A stretch of DNA of 64,000 nt from the human T2T-CHM13v2.0 reference genome, Homo sapiens, in the NCBI RefSeq assembly GCF_009914755.1, contig NC_060929.1. One strand, written 5' to 3'. The notes under the pieces were generated by a model that ran no database searches, had not been told where the DNA came from, and saw only the letters and a program-made list of their open reading frames with translations. Numbering within the stretch: position 1 is the stretch's first letter; each line of letters begins with the position of its first letter. The translations under genes were made by a program, and so were the position numbers. This document shows positions 26,718 to 43,062 of this stretch, piece by piece.

Positions 26718-28459
26718 ACACTATGTGTTCAAAGGTCTCTTTGCTGCTCACCGATCTGGAATATACCAACCTCTGTTGGTTACCCAGCAAGCTGACCCTA
26801 TGCATGTATCAAGACCCATTTCAAATGGCATCTCAGCTCGCAGAGTTGCTGTGTGCTTTTCTGGGCTCCCCATGGCACTTTGTTCGTGCCATTTGATTAG
26901 TGTTGCATATGTAACAAAAGCAAATATGGGAAGATATGTTATTTGCTGGTATCATTTCTCACTGCCATTTACTTTCTTGTTTTCATAATTGAGTTTTATA
27001 TCTTGATTTATTTCTGGATTAGCAAGATTCTAACAAGTGTTTTTTGGTTTTTTTTCTGGAAGAGTATGTTGGTAATATATTTTCTGAATTTTTGCTTTGC
27101 TGAGAATCTCTTTTCCTTTCCTTTCATGAATGCTATTCAAGCTGAGGGATGAGCCTGGGGTGAGGCAGAGGAATTAGCCTTTGGTGAGGAGGAAGAAAGG
27201 GGCATATTCGTGGGCAAGAGTGTCTTCACTTTTGTTCTTGTGGCTCAGTGTTAGTTGGGGCATCTACTTCCTTACCACCCCCCTTCTCTAACTGCAATGT
27301 CTTTGCCTGCTGCAGGTGTGAAGGGGGAACTGGGATTGGGAGCAGCATCCCTGTTACCAGGCATCTTTAGCCTTTGGCACTTTCCTGGAGGAGCAGAGGG
27401 ATGGACGTTGCCCACTGCCAACCTCCTCACAGTGCAGTGGGTTTGAAATATTTCTCCACACCACCTGTCCCTAAATACCCTGTAGCATATCAAGCAGGTT
27501 GGCATTAGTTCCAATCCTACACCCTAGAATGTAGTCCAGAAGTCACCTCCCATTGTTTTAGTCAGGCCTCATTCCATGCACCCCCGCTGAGCTGCTCATC
27601 AAGGTATCCACTGTCTCAAACTCTATACAATTTGAGTAGGAGTCAAAGTATGCTCTTTAACTAAGAATAATAAACTTTAAAATGATTACATACTTCCCCC
27701 TATTATTGTATTCCTTTGTTAATTTTGGTGGGAACTTGGAAGGAGTGGAGAACTCAATTCACGGATCTTTAAGGTTGCCTTCTTGGTCAGTGGAAAGTGA
27801 CTCTCATCTTTTCATTCCCAGTGTTTATCAGGTGGGCTTCATAAATACGTAAACCAGACACTTACTGACTTATGGCACCAACTCCCCATACCTACTTTAA
27901 AATTATATAATCTATTACATTTAGGCTCTGGGTGTTCACCCATGGAGGGCAGCTTTCATGTTATCATTGTTGTCTCACATATTAGTTTTCTACTGAATAG
28001 TCACATTCTCTGTCTCTGTTTTAAGTGTACTTTGGTTCAGAATCCAAATGCTTCAGTGATGTCCATATGAAGTGATGGCTTGTTGGTGGTTGGAGGCCAG
28101 TGCTTCTCTAGGTCTGTCCCATTCCATTTTAGTGGGCAGATAATGTGATGTGATCTAAGCAGAAGCCTGGACTGGATCTTTCACAGTTGGTTAGGATGGG
28201 CTGAGAGAAGTGCAGGCTCCCTTCTCCCTCTCAGGGTGACAGTGTGTGAGCCATGCAATTTTGAAAACTAGAGCTTTTGAGGCCATACTCTTCCCCTTCT
28301 CTCACCACAGTTTCTATATGGCCAAGCACTACCTGATAGGAGCTCTAAGAGGATCAGTTGGCAATGTCAAAAGGATATGCATTGAGCCCTTGTTTGCAAT
28401 TAGGAGCTTGGTTGTGGTAACTGGATACCTTTTTGGGAGTGGAAATTATAGGTAACATA

Positions 28460-28700
28460 TATCATTACCACCATCATCTTAATAGCTACTATGGGTTCCA
28501 CACAAGCACGGCCTCATTCAATTTATATAGTCATCCTGTAAGGTGGTGGTATTATCCAATTTTATAAATGAGAAAACTGAAGAAGCAGTTGCTTAGCCAC
28601 ATAGGTTTCCAATAAAGAGTTACTGAGTGAAAGAATGAATAAATGAAGAAAGTAGCTTGCCAAAGATCATACAGCAAGTAAGACAGAGTGGGAAAAGTTG
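28460..28700 (-). mobile_element. MIR SINE
   Basis: ggtattatccaattttataaatgagaaaactga...cttgccaaagatcatacagc. Confidence 0.6.
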
Positions 28701-28790
28701 CAGCAGATAGACTTTTTCTTTAGTAACGGATCTCTTCCATATGTGCCTTCCATGCATCTGCAGCATTTCTTGAATGTCAGTGTTTCCCAT

Positions 28791-29164
28791 TTACATGGTT
28801 TGGCTCTGTGTCCCCGCCCAAATCTCATGTTGAATTGTAATCCTTAATATTGGGTCAGGGACCTGGTGGGAGCTGATTGGATCATGGAGGCAGTTTCCCT
28901 CCTTGCTATTCTCGTGATAGTGGGTGTGTTCTCATGAAATCTGGTTATTTAAAAGTGTGTAGCACTTCCTGCTTCGCTCTTTCTCTCCTGCTCCATCACA
29001 GTAAGATGTGTTTACTTCCACTTCTGCCATGATTGCAAGTTGCCTGAGGCCTCCCAGCCATGCTTCCTGTACAGCCTGCAGAACTGTGAGTCAATTAAAC
29101 CTCTTTTCATAAATTACTCAGTCTCAGATCGTTCTTTATAGCAGTGTGAGAACAGACTAATACA
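28791..29164 (+). mobile_element. THE1D/MSTA-like MaLR solo LTR
   Basis: atggtttggctctgtgtcccc...gaacagactaataca; flanks cccat/cctgt consistent with a CpG-decayed 5-bp TSD CCCGT. Confidence 0.92.
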
Positions 29165-29446
29165 CCTGTGAATCCATCTCCTCAACCTTAGCACCTCCCT
29201 AGGCCAATGCCTTCCTAAAGGAGGTATTGTAGCTTATATACAAAACTGTCAGTATTGTTTGTTAATTAATTTATTGGTAACTTAGTCATTAATTCAGCAA
29301 TACTAGGTCTGTGCTAAGCAAAGGCGAGGGACCCAGAGTTAAATAATATACAGTGTCTGTTTTTGAATGAACCCCATCCTCTGGGAAGACAGACGTATCA
29401 ACAGGCAAGAAAACAGTGATAAATTCCATGACAGCTCAGTGCACAG

Positions 29447-29552
29447 TAGAGTGACCAACCATCCTGGTTTTCCTGGGACAGTCCCAATATTAGCACTGAA
29501 ACTCCCACATCCCGGAAAACTCTTGGGCAAACCAGCATGGGTTTACCTACCT
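29447..29552. mobile_element. MER81-like hAT-Blackjack MITE
   Basis: tagagtgaccaaccatcctggttt...tagcactgaaactccc...gggcaaacc. Confidence 0.75.
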
Positions 29553-30299
29553 GCCACACAGAGTAAAATCAGAATTTGTTCAGAAAAGATTGACTCGAAT
29601 GTAAGAAAATAATAAAAACACAACTAACAGGCGTACTTTGCAGTTTACGAAGCCTTTTCTTTTCCATCAACTCATTTTTAAAGTTCGCCACAATCCTAGT
29701 GTTAGACTTTTGTAGTGTCTTGTGATAACTGAGGATCAAAGTTGTGAATAAATGCCATGTTTGCTTTACCTAGGAAGAAAAAGAAAATCATTAAATAAAA
29801 AGATGGCAGCAGGCGTGCGTGTTTGGGGCAGTGGGATGGCCTCCCAACTCCAGGAGCAGGAGGGAGACAAGGGGGGCAGCAGTGTGTCCTCTCCTGGACC
29901 AACTGATCCATGAGGTATGATAAGAAGGCATGGGCTCCACATTCACACACCAACACGTCCCACCAAGACCCTTCCTAGCTATGCGTGACCTTGAGTAAGT
30001 CATTATGTCTAAACTTTGGATTTTTCAGTTATGCAAGGGGGTTAAGGATCCCCATGAATTTCGCCAAGATAAAGTAGCATAAATCATATAAAGTACTCAG
30101 TACCAGGGTTTGCTTTTGATAGGAACCAGAGAGATACTGGTTCCCTTTCATATTTTTTTTTCTCTGTTGTAAGCAGAAGAAATCCAATTTAAATTAAATA
30201 AACAATGAAAAGGAATTCATTGGCTCATAACTGGGTACTTCAGGGTTCAGCACAGCTGCATGGAGAAAGGGTGTGTTTATGTCTTCAGGGTTAGCTCTT

Positions 30300-30422
30300 A
30301 CATACTCTCTATCTGTTTCTCCATCTGTCTGTCTTACTCTCTGCCTCTGTCTTTGTCTCTGTGTCTCTTTGTCTGTCTCTCTTTCTGTCTCTGTCTCTTT
30401 GTGTGTGTGTCTCTCTCTATCT
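30300..30422. repeat. (TC/TCTG)n low-complexity tract, left half (continues at 39881)
   Basis: Pyrimidine-rich simple repeat split by the provirus. Confidence 0.85.
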
Positions 30423-30960
30423 TTCAAAAGTTGCCAGAAATGAAAAAGAAGTCACTAATGTTCAGAAAACCCTGACAAGTAGAGCCAGGGAAGGTCATAA
30501 AGAGAGGGTTTTCATGCTTGTATGCCTAATAACAAAAACTCCCAAAAGATTGCAAAAATCACAACCTTGCACAAAGACCATTACAACCGTAGACAAAAAA
30601 CACTTCTTCCAGGGCATTTGCCTAGACACTACCTGCTTAACATCAGACTGGTATCACCCTTGTTATTGATCTTGGTAGCCAAGGATAATTATTTCAAAAC
30701 AATTATGTAATCCTTTCCACGTTCTTCTCTAATAAAATGTAGTTTTCCTTTACCTCCTTGAATATGTCACAATCAACTATGGCAAGCATATTTCTATCAC
30801 AATGCCTTATTCCCAAATAAATATATTTTCTTTTAGAGAGCCTCTCTCTGTTATTTGGGTTGACATATATGGTATCAGAAGGGGATCTTAAAAACATGAC
30901 TATCAAAAGGAATCAGTGATGCCTGGAGCCAGTGCACAGCACTCACTTGAGCCCTTTTGA

Positions 30961-31315
<355 letters not shown>

Positions 31316-32935
31316 TGAGCCTCCCTGTTTTTGGTAGAGACTTTTTGATATAACTTGGGATCTGATTTCAATAAGGCCACCTTAATAAAGAACTGTACAT
31401 TCCTCTTGGGATAATATAAGACTTTTTGTCTTTTCTGATGAGTCCTTTCTGGTATAAAGACAAGTGTCTTTCTGGATTGAACACTCTAGGTTTCTATAGA
31501 GTTTACATTTTGTCTATGAGTCTTGTCTTTTATGATTTGCATGCCTAGTTTAATATTTTGTTTGATTCACATGCCTAGGTTACAGTTTTTTGTGAACACT
31601 CTTATCTTAGCTTCTCTTGATTTGGTTTGACTCTTTTCCCTTGCTTGTTATTGCAAATCTTACAAGAGCAAAAATAGCCATTCTGGATGATGGGTGCAGA
31701 ATGACTAATCAAAACCTATTAGGGAAGTTGCTACTGTCTAACACTGGTCTAAACTCCTGACATCCCCTGACAGGATTTATAGGATTTTCTTTTCCCTTGA
31801 GAGATTAATGAGAAATGAAATGGAATTCTCAAACATTAAGGCATGCCAGGTTTTCTGGAAGTCCAGCCAGCTACATATTATGGCCCACTCTTGTGCACAT
31901 TTTTAAACAAATTATATCAAGAAAACCTTAGAGCCCAAATGGTCATTATTTGAAAAACGTCAAACTATAGAGGTAACATGTAGCGTCTTCTATGCTCTCT
32001 GTCTCTCTATTTTTTCTTCCTACTTTGAATCTGTTGACTTTTTTTTACTGGTATTGAGACAAAACTCACTGGTTATGACATTCAAGCCCAGATTAAAAAA
32101 AAATTCAAGGGCTTTCTAATTTTAAAAATTAAAACAGCTTCATGGTAACCAACAACCTAGATGCCTTTTAGAAATACAAATTTGGGTTTGCCTAACAATT
32201 GCATATCATTAGAAACAATTAAAAATTAATAATCCAAAAAAGAACTAGATAAATTTATAAAATTTAGGCTTTTTGATCAAACAGGTTAAAATCTTGAGCT
32301 CACAGCAATAATATAAGAGATCTCTGTCCAGCATAAAAATTTTGTTTTCTCTGCCATGCCAAGACCAAGAAGGAAAAGTCAAAGAAAAATAAGAAACGTC
32401 TAAAATTCTTCTCCACCCATATTTTCCAATCAAGCAAACTAGACTGGCAAACAAAAGATAGATTTGTTCCTAATTCAAAGCTACTCGGAGGTTTTGTTTT
32501 TCTTACACAATTCAGCCAGTTCTAGCTAAAATGTAAAATGGGACCCTAAACTCTTTTGAAACTGAAAAAAAGGGTTAAAAGATTTTTTAAAACATTAAAC
32601 TGCCATAAAACTACTTTACCCAAAATTGTTATCCATAGGCCTTCATTAGATGACATATTAGCCAAGTAAAGTGTAGTTATGTTAATAGGTTCCAATGTTT
32701 TCAAAAACAGAATTTGTATCCAAGTGTTTTTTATAAACTGGTGAGCTTGTATTACTATTTCATGACTAAAATTATAAGATGAAAAGTATAAGATCTTTAT
32801 TTGCGTGTGTATATACATATACACATGTTCAGATGTGTTTACACATATCTACATGTATTATGCTGTATGTTTTATCTATATGGTAATATCCAGTGTAATT
32901 GGCCAGAAATCCATTAAGAGATTATACTTAGGTAA

Positions 32936-33361
<426 letters not shown>

Positions 33362-33670
33362 TAGAAATAAAAATGCCTTCATAATTGTAAGCATACATTT
33401 TTTGCCTGTGTTTACTGGTCATACAGTTTTATATTTCTCTGCTGGATAATTTGAGGTGTCAGGGTCTGACACAAGATTTATTAAACTATAAGCTCAGCCT
33501 AAAATAAAACAATATTTGCTTGTGTAATGATTTTGATAAATAAGACTAATTTAATATTGTTGGTTTAATGAAAACAGCTGTATTTTCCAAATTATCAAAA
33601 AACACCCATGTATTAAAAGTTCTTAGTTAGATGAACACCTGATATTCACAGGCTATAAAAATCATTAACA

Positions 33671-33969
<299 letters not shown>

Positions 33970-34848
33970 TTAACATGAAAATAAATTAAAATGATATCTA
34001 GCTTTTTTTTAACATCTCATTTCTCATAAGCAAGGTAAACTGTTACAAATAAAATAGGTAAAAATAAATGGGATAAATGCTTACAAATAAACTTTTTATT
34101 TAATTTGAAATCTCAAAGTTGTTAACTTAAAGAGTAGATACTCTCTAAATGTCTAGGTCATTTCCAAATAAGATTTAAAAAATATGTTATAGGAAAACAC
34201 ATTTATAAAAATTTTAAAATGGTTCTCATTTATAAACTACTGATACATGACAGATAATTCAACATTTCTTGCTTCCTAGGTTTTCACTAAAATGTAAGGT
34301 TATTAAGGGTTAAAAATTCTAATTAACATACAATAATGTATATAGAGGGTGTTTTTAATAAGAAAAATTATAAGAAAGGCTTAAAGTGTGTTCTCTGTGG
34401 AGAAAAATAATAATTTTATCTAATACAGATGTTATTTAAAGGTTGTTTCAAAATATGGAACAGGATAGAAAAAAACCAGTAAGTAAGAGAGAGGTATGAG
34501 AAGAAAGTTATAAATATGAAAATGTATTTTGGTGACAAAGATTAAAAAGAAAAGAAAAGAATTTTGTGTGGGAAATAATATTATATGTTATTTTTTGTCC
34601 TAAAGCAAAATGATGAGTTATTTAAGAAACAGGAAGTATAAAGCAAAGCGGAAAATCCAAGCATGTCATCAATGGTCTGAGAAAGCCATAATAACATTTG
34701 TGAAAAGGGAATTTATAAAAGGAATTTTGTGTGTTAATAGGTTGGCTATAATTAGTAGGAAAGTTATTTATAAGTCTTTCTAAACATTGAGCTCTGATAG
34801 TTAAATATACACTAATATAAAACTAAAAAAAAAAGTTTCCTAAATTAG

Positions 34849-35244
<396 letters not shown>

Positions 35245-35277
35245 GGTTTTCTTAAAATATTCATTTGTTCTTAGTAA

Positions 35278-35576
<299 letters not shown>

Positions 35577-37427
35577 TGATTTTTAATTCTGAAATCTGTT
35601 TCTTTAACAGTCATCTCCTAGACTATAGATAATTTCTATTTCTTCCTGAGATCCACTTAATTTCTCTTGTTTCAGGTTGGAAATGCTGTCTTTTTCATTT
35701 GAAATTGCAGTTTCATTTTTCTTTCTGAAACTTCTCAGATTTATATCTCAGAAGTTCAGCTTTTGCTGTACCTCATTGCATGTGATTTCCAGGTCATACA
35801 TGATTGCCATCTGTTTTTTCTCTCCTTAAAAACGTATCTTTTTAAGGATACGTTAAAATCTTTTTAAGGATAACCGAGCTTCACTGGGCTGATAACTTTT
35901 CGTCAACCTTTTCATCAACTCCTGTAACATTTTTCTCCGATTCTAACTCAGCTGTTATGCTGTTATCTTGAAGGTCTAGAAAAGCAATGTTTTCTTCCAA
36001 TATGACTTAATTTTGTACTCTTGGCTTTTCTTAATATGTTTGAATTGTTCCATGTAACCAGGAAACCTCACATACTGTTACTTAAGCCATGTATTCCCCT
36101 GCTCAAAGTATTAGTTTTCTTGTTTACATTCCCTTATAATATACTGTATACTCATGACCCTAGACACACTCTTTCTATGTCTGACTAAATTCCAGCACCC
36201 TTTTCGTCAGGTTTGGCTTCCAGGTTATCTAAATAGACTTCTCACAAGGAGACACAATCACACTGCAAGGGTTTTTTTTTTTTTTTTTTTGCCTATTTGT
36301 TCATTTGTTTGTTTTTACCTTTTTAGTAGCTGGGATAAAAACAAAATAGATATTTTACATTTTATCAAAATAATTCCTGCACTGTCTTATTAGGTTTTTG
36401 ATTATTTAAGAAAACTGAACATTACAAGGGTTAAGGTTTTTACATTCATGTAATTTTCTGTATTGTTTTTGAAGTCTTTTGATTATCACTAAGGTTAAAT
36501 GAATAACTACTATTTAACAGTGATTTGTAATTTTGTTTTGATTAAGTGTTTTGAAACTTTTGACATCTTTGGCAGGTTTTCCAGGATCAAAATCCCAAAT
36601 TAAGTCATTTTGACCTAAAATTAACTTTCAGATTCTCCAGTTGTTCCTATGGAGACCCTCAAAGAATATATCTCTCATCTTGTAGAGATACTGAATGATG
36701 CAACTTACTTGGTGAAATGCATGAGAGACCTTGTCAAGTAATAAGTGATACTAGATCTTCTTTCAGTTACATTTATGAGTATGACATAAATGTTCCAAAA
36801 ATTATGTGTCATAAAACATAGCATGTTATCAGTCATAATTTGTATTGTTAAGTATTTTCTAAAGTTATGTTTGAATGGATATGTTATTAATGTGAGTATT
36901 CTAAAGATTATATGAAATGTATAAAAGTCTGATGGTCCTGATGTGACTCTATCAGTCAGGATTCTGGTTGTTATCTTAAAATGCTGCATGTGATAGCGTG
37001 TAATAACTAAATTTCCATGTTCATTGAGAACTTTAATCATATTGTTAACCAATGGCTATTCTAAGTTTTTGTCATCCACAATTATTGTTTTGAATTCTTC
37101 TCTAAAAACATTTGTAGCAGCTATAGTCCAAAATTGCTTTTCATAGAAAAGACTCCAACAAGTACTCTTGAACATAGAGATCTGACAACTGTAAGGTCAA
37201 TAAACTAAATACAAATTGTTAGAACTTGAATAAAGCTAATGGGGTCATGAAACTGCTAATCAAGATCAATCAAAACAAAAAATTAATTGCATAAAATTAA
37301 TAAAGGTAACATTTTATGACATATTTAAAATATTATTGGTTCTTTACTTAAATGTTTTGTTTTCCAGATTTAAGAAATGCTTCTCTCATAAGCCATTTAT
37401 AGTTTACAACAATTTGGAAAAGTATAC

Positions 37428-37690
37428 TTTTGTTTTTTTTCTTTTGAGATGGACTCTTGCTCTGTCACTCAGGCTGGAGTACAGTGGTGTAATCTCGGCT
37501 CACTGCAACCTCTTCCTCCCGGGTTCAAGTGATTCTCCTGCCTCAGCCTCCCTGAGTAGCTGGGACTACAGGAGCGTGCCACCACGCCCAACTAATTTTT
37601 CTATTTTTAGTAGAGATGGGTTTCCACCATGTTGGCCAGGCTAGTCTCGATCTCCTGACCTTGTGATCCACCCGCCTTGGCCTCCCAAAG
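37428..37690 (-). mobile_element. AluS, 5'-truncated, within the ERV
   Basis: Ends at ggcctcccaaag; TSD-like gtatactttt / gtgtactttt. Confidence 0.93.
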
Positions 37691-38519
37691 GTGTACTTTT
37701 ATGAGTCAAGATGGAAAAAACATTTGTTTTTTCTTCCCACTTGCTTCATCCAAAACTTGGAAACTATTTATGAGTATTTTTATTTTTATTTATGTAAATT
37801 CAGTAAAAATCTGCTTTCTCTTTATAAGCAGGGTACAATTGGCAACATTGGCTATATTACCAAGGCTTTAACTGACATGTCATATTTTAAAATGTCCATA
37901 AAATGCTTGGTTTCAAGAGTTCCTTCCCTGCCTTACAGTGAGTGATAAATATTGTCACTTCCTGACATGCCTAAGAACCTTAACACAGAAAGTAAAATCT
38001 AAAGTCTGCCTTGGTTTGGCTTCCTAGCCTCAAGAGGCTTTTAAATTCGAGATTCCTATATGATTAATGCAGGGGAAAAAAGTTATGTTTCTGAAGAAAA
38101 ACTAGAATACATCTATTATTAGTTTGTAGCCTTGTGCATTGGTTTCAAGTTCTGGTTATCTACCTGCAGGCTGGATTCGTTCCTAAATTCTCCTAATTTC
38201 CTTCAATACTGGGCTACAAGTCTCCAGCTAAAACAAAAGCTGCTCTATTCCTAAAGCCCTGTAAGCTGAAATGAGATGAATTTTAAGCAGAAAGTTTATT
38301 AAACCACCCAATGTATCGACCAAAAACATTGAAACTGCCAATCAGGAGAAGTTGAGGTTTTCACACCGTAGACAGCTTTTCCCAAGACGTCAGAATAAGA
38401 CTTCATATCATAATGAGACTTTTTTCCACTTGGCATGATAAAGGCCAAGTCGAAATTTCACAATCAATAGTTTCTGCTAGCAACTTAACAGAACCCAGCC
38501 GAAGAAATTCTGTAGTGCT

Positions 38520-38918
38520 AATTGGCTAAATAAGAAAATGTCTGTGTTGATGCTAATAGTGCATGCCATACTTGGATAAATTTTATCTGAGAAAGTTGAG
38601 ACCCATATACACAAAATTAGAAAACAGGCCACATGGTTACAACAGTTCTCATCTAATGTCCTATGGTCATTTGATTTATTCAATTGATTAAGTTAAGTTT
38701 CACGGCTCAAAACCATTATACAAGTGGAAATTATTATATTACTATTAATTATACTTTGCATTTCCACTTTTCAAAGTTGTACTCATTACTTGTTAAATTT
38801 TTGCAGAAGTACTATTCTTAACAAAATAATACCGGCCCAGCACTTTAAGATAATAACAAAAGACTATGAAACAGACAAAATCGAACTAAATAATGGACTC
38901 TGGGTAGACTTAGCCTAA
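38520..38918 (+). pseudogene. env: Decayed retroviral env, transmembrane (TM) subunit
   Basis: Hand translation LAK*ENVCVDANSACHTWIN (decayed CX6CC), frameshift, EKVETHIHKIRKQATWLQQ, then hydrophobic EIIILLLIILCI (ORF 38724-38918), just upstream of the PPT and 3' LTR. Confidence 0.8.
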
Positions 38919-39275
<357 letters not shown>

Positions 39276-39880
39276 TGACACTGATTTCTAGTTACCAATC
39301 ACTCCCTGAAACATGGGACAAGAAGAACAACCAAGACTGGTCCCTCCCATCATCAGGAGGCATCAATACCTAACTACAGGATGATTGATTAGTGATGCTT
39401 CCAGAGAAAGATCTTGATCAAAAGGGAGAAATGTGAAAGTTGTTCAGAATCAAAATGAAGTCACTAATGTTAAGAAAAACCTGACAAATAGAGCCACGGA
39501 AAGCAATGAGGAGAGGATTCCCACGTTTGTATGCCTAATAACAAAAACTCTCACAAAAGACTTCAAAAATCACAACCTTACACAAAGGCCATTGCAACCT
39601 GACACAAAAAATACTTCTGAAAGGACATCTGCTCAGCAACTGCGTGTCTAACCTTGGACTGATGTCACCCTTGTCATTGATCTATGTAGCCAAGGGTAAT
39701 TATTTCAAAATAGTTATGTAATACTTCTTACTTTTCTCTCTGAAAATCTTATTCTTCCTTTGCCTTTTTGAATACACACATAGTTTACTATGGTATATGT
39801 ATTCCCATTGCAATGTTTTATTCCAAAATAAGTATCTTTTCTTTTAGAGAGCCCCTCCCTACTTGTTATTTAGATTGACA

Positions 39881-40195
39881 ATCTGTCTCTGTCTCTGTGG
39901 GTCTTTCTTTGTCTCTCTGTGTATATCTCTTTGTCTCTCTTTCTCTGTGTGTATCTCTGTGTCTTGCTCTCGCTGTCTTAGTATCTCTGTCTCTCCATGT
40001 GTGTCTCTGACTGTTTCTGAATCTCTGTCTCTCTCCCAGTCTGCCTCTCTATGTGTGTTTCTGCCTCTATATCTGTCTCTTTTTGTCTTTGTCCCTCTGT
40101 GGGTTTCTGTCTCTGACTCATTCTCTGTTTCTCTCTGTCTGTCTCTGTATCTCTGTCTTTCTCTGTCTCTGTCTCTCTCTTTTTTGTCTCTCTTT
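39881..40195. repeat. (TC/TCTG)n low-complexity tract, right half
   Basis: Continuation of 30300-30422. Confidence 0.85.
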
Positions 40196-41129
40196 TCATC
40201 AGCTCTCTTTTATTCTGTGTATCAGCCCACTCCTACCACTTTCTGAACAGGCCTACTCTATGGGGCAGATGGACTAGGCCTTCAGTGGCTCCAAGAATAC
40301 GTTTTACAATATAGCAAAGCAAGCGTGAAGCACATCTCTTTCCCAAAGTTCACAAATGCATCCTGGGGAAGAATATGGATTGACCCTGCTTGGGACAAAC
40401 TCTCAGCCCTGGACCAGTGCTAGTGTCCAAGTGACTCAGGCCTTGCCTGGGACATGGGTCTACCATTCTCCCTATGACCTAGGATGAGGATATGTCATCC
40501 CCCAAACTGAAATCCTTTAGGGAATGAACACAGGTGTGTTGATAATTGAATCAGGACAAAAGACATAAACCAGACTGAGCCAAGCAACCTGGGATGCATC
40601 ATGGTGATCCTACTGGTATTAAAAGAAGGGGTTCAGAGAAAACAGGGCAAGACCTGCCAAGCCCAACTCACATACTTTAAAAAAAAAAATCTAAAATGAC
40701 CAGTATGAATTCGTTTAGAAAATAGCATTCTATTCCCAAATGCAGCATATCTGAAAACATTTGTCCTGCATCCTTAACTGGGACAGTGATGTTTCTAGCA
40801 CGTGTGTTTCAAATCTCTGGATAATTTCAGCAATGGCCCACCTGCCTTTGATTCTTTTCCCTGATGCTTGTAGCCAGCTACTGTTTGCTCTTCTACAGTT
40901 CTCATGAACTCCAGCAGCTTTAGGTTTGGGGGACATCCTGAGGCCCAGGTATACAGCCCAGGCCTCACACCATTATCATATCCCCACTGACAGTGCTCCA
41001 GGTGCCTTCTGCCAAGCAATTGCAGGGACAAATTTGGAGATGAAACATTAAGCATCCTTCTGGAGATGCTGGAAGATGGAGTGGCTCCTCCAGAACCCCC
41101 ACCCACTTCTCTGCCCTTCCAGGATGACT

Positions 41130-41345
41130 TCAGTATAGTGAAGAAGATGACAGCACAGGCTTGAATCCGTGCAATCTGGGGTTTGAAGTGTACTAGGTGT
41201 CATGTGTTGAATTACTAACCTCACTTAGCTTCAGGTAAATGCCTCAGGTGCCTCATCTGTGAAATGGTAATTGTCACTAGATAGCTTTTCTTAAAGTATT
41301 TGGTACATAATGAGCACTCCATTAATGACAACTATTGCTATTTCC
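41130..41345 (+). mobile_element. MIR SINE
   Basis: gcctcaggtgcctcatctgtgaaatgg...tggtacataatgagcactccattaatg. Confidence 0.65.
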
Positions 41346-41819
41346 ATTGCTATTATTATGGCATAATTTCAGCACTGGATTTGAACTTTTCAGAGCAGCT
41401 CTTACTACACTGGCAGAAGACACTTCATCAGCCTTCTACAATAATTAGTCATGCTCTGAATCTTTGCTACTTTACCAAACAGCTCCTTCCCTTCTTGTTT
41501 CCCCCATTTGTTCTGGCTAACTGGATTAATAATGGATATCTCCTAGCCCATATCATTTTCTATTTAGCATCCAGACCAATGAATGCCCCAAAATGCCTAC
41601 TGGAGACATTGGCTATGAACTGGAGAGGGAGCCACAAGCATGCTCTCCCAAGGGAATTCTGAGATCAGTCCTATGTGTCTCTGCAGTTTCTAAATTATCT
41701 TATGAGTCTTGCCTCATTAACACACTTTATTGCATCCCCTAAGCTACTTCTCTGCAACTCGTCTTTCTCCCTGCCTGTCTTGACCTCATTGCCAAATTTT
41801 CTTTCTCTCCTCTGGTATA

Positions 41820-42035
41820 ATAACAGCAATAGCTAACATTACTCTTTTCCAGGCACTGGCCTAAATGCTTTACATCTTTATAATAACCTTATAAAGTAGC
41901 TTCTTTCATTATGTCACTTTGCTGTGGTGAAGCTGATCACAGAGAGCAAAGTAGCTTGGCAAGGTCAGATAACTCGTAGAATTTAACCACGGTCAGGCTA
42001 GCCCTAGAGCCAGCCTTCTTGACTAGACTACATTG
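41820..42035 (-). mobile_element. MIR SINE
   Basis: aatagctaacatt...ccaggcactggcctaaatgctttacat...cttggcaaggtca. Confidence 0.65.
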
Positions 42036-42978
42036 CCTTCCACTGCAGTGTAGCCTATACATGAGTGACAGGTAACCTGTGGATAACTTTATCATTTCAG
42101 AATATATGATACAAAACACTGTGCTTTCTTTTGATCCTTTCAATCCACATTTATGGACTCCAGATGCTGTGCTATGCCTAAGCCATACAGTGAGGAGGAA
42201 GAAATAACCCATGCCCCAAGTAGTTCATAGACTAATAGCAAAGACAGACATAAGAAAATAGGAAAATTCTAAACACACAGAAGGGTGATATAAAAGAGAT
42301 AACTCCAGGAGAAAGGAAAACATGGAAAATTTCCTTTGCCCAGTTAAGAATATGTGTTTTAACTAATCTCATACTCTGGTTAATAGTTAACAAAGATCTC
42401 AGGGTAAGAAAATTTTGCTTAATAGCCTAAGCTATCTGCTTAAATGCTTAATAGCATTTCCATTTCTTTGATTCAGAAGACACAGCATGTTCTTACAAAG
42501 AACCAATACCAATATCACGATTGGAGATGTTTTGCCCTGTAGAAAGGGCATGGCCTTTGGAATAAAACAGAGCAGCATTTCATCCACTTCTGCTCCCTTC
42601 CAGCTGTGGGATGTTAGACATCGTATTTGACCTAAGCCTGACCCTGCTTGTCAACAAAATGGGCACAATCTTTCACCTGCTGAAAGACATGTAGTTTGTT
42701 CTTAGTTTTTGCCTATTAAGAATAAAGCTGCTATGAACATTTGTGCACAGGCTTTTATGTGAACATAAATTTCTATTTCTTTGGGGAAAATGCCCAAGTA
42801 CGCAGTTGCTGGGTGACGCAATAATGGCATGTTTAATTTTATAAGAAACTGCTAAGTTTTGTTCAGAGTGGTGGCATCATTTTATATTCCTGTCAGCAAC
42901 ATGTGAGTGATCCAGTTTTCTCACATTTTTTGCCATCATTTGGTGTTATCACTATTTTTCGTTTTAGCTGTCATGATA

Positions 42979-43062
42979 GTATTAGTCTGGGTTCTCCACA
43001 GAAATGGAACCAATAGAAGATATATGTATGTATAAAGATTTATTGTAAGAATCTGGCACACA
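42979..43062 (-). mobile_element. MLT2 LTR 3'-end fragment
   Basis: gtattagtctgggttctccacagaaatggaaccaata; its reverse complement matches 43734-43818. Confidence 0.85.

Noticed and set aside
30870-30887. tRNA gene fragment
   Set aside because: It is the proviral primer-binding site complementary to a tRNA 3' end, not a tRNA gene
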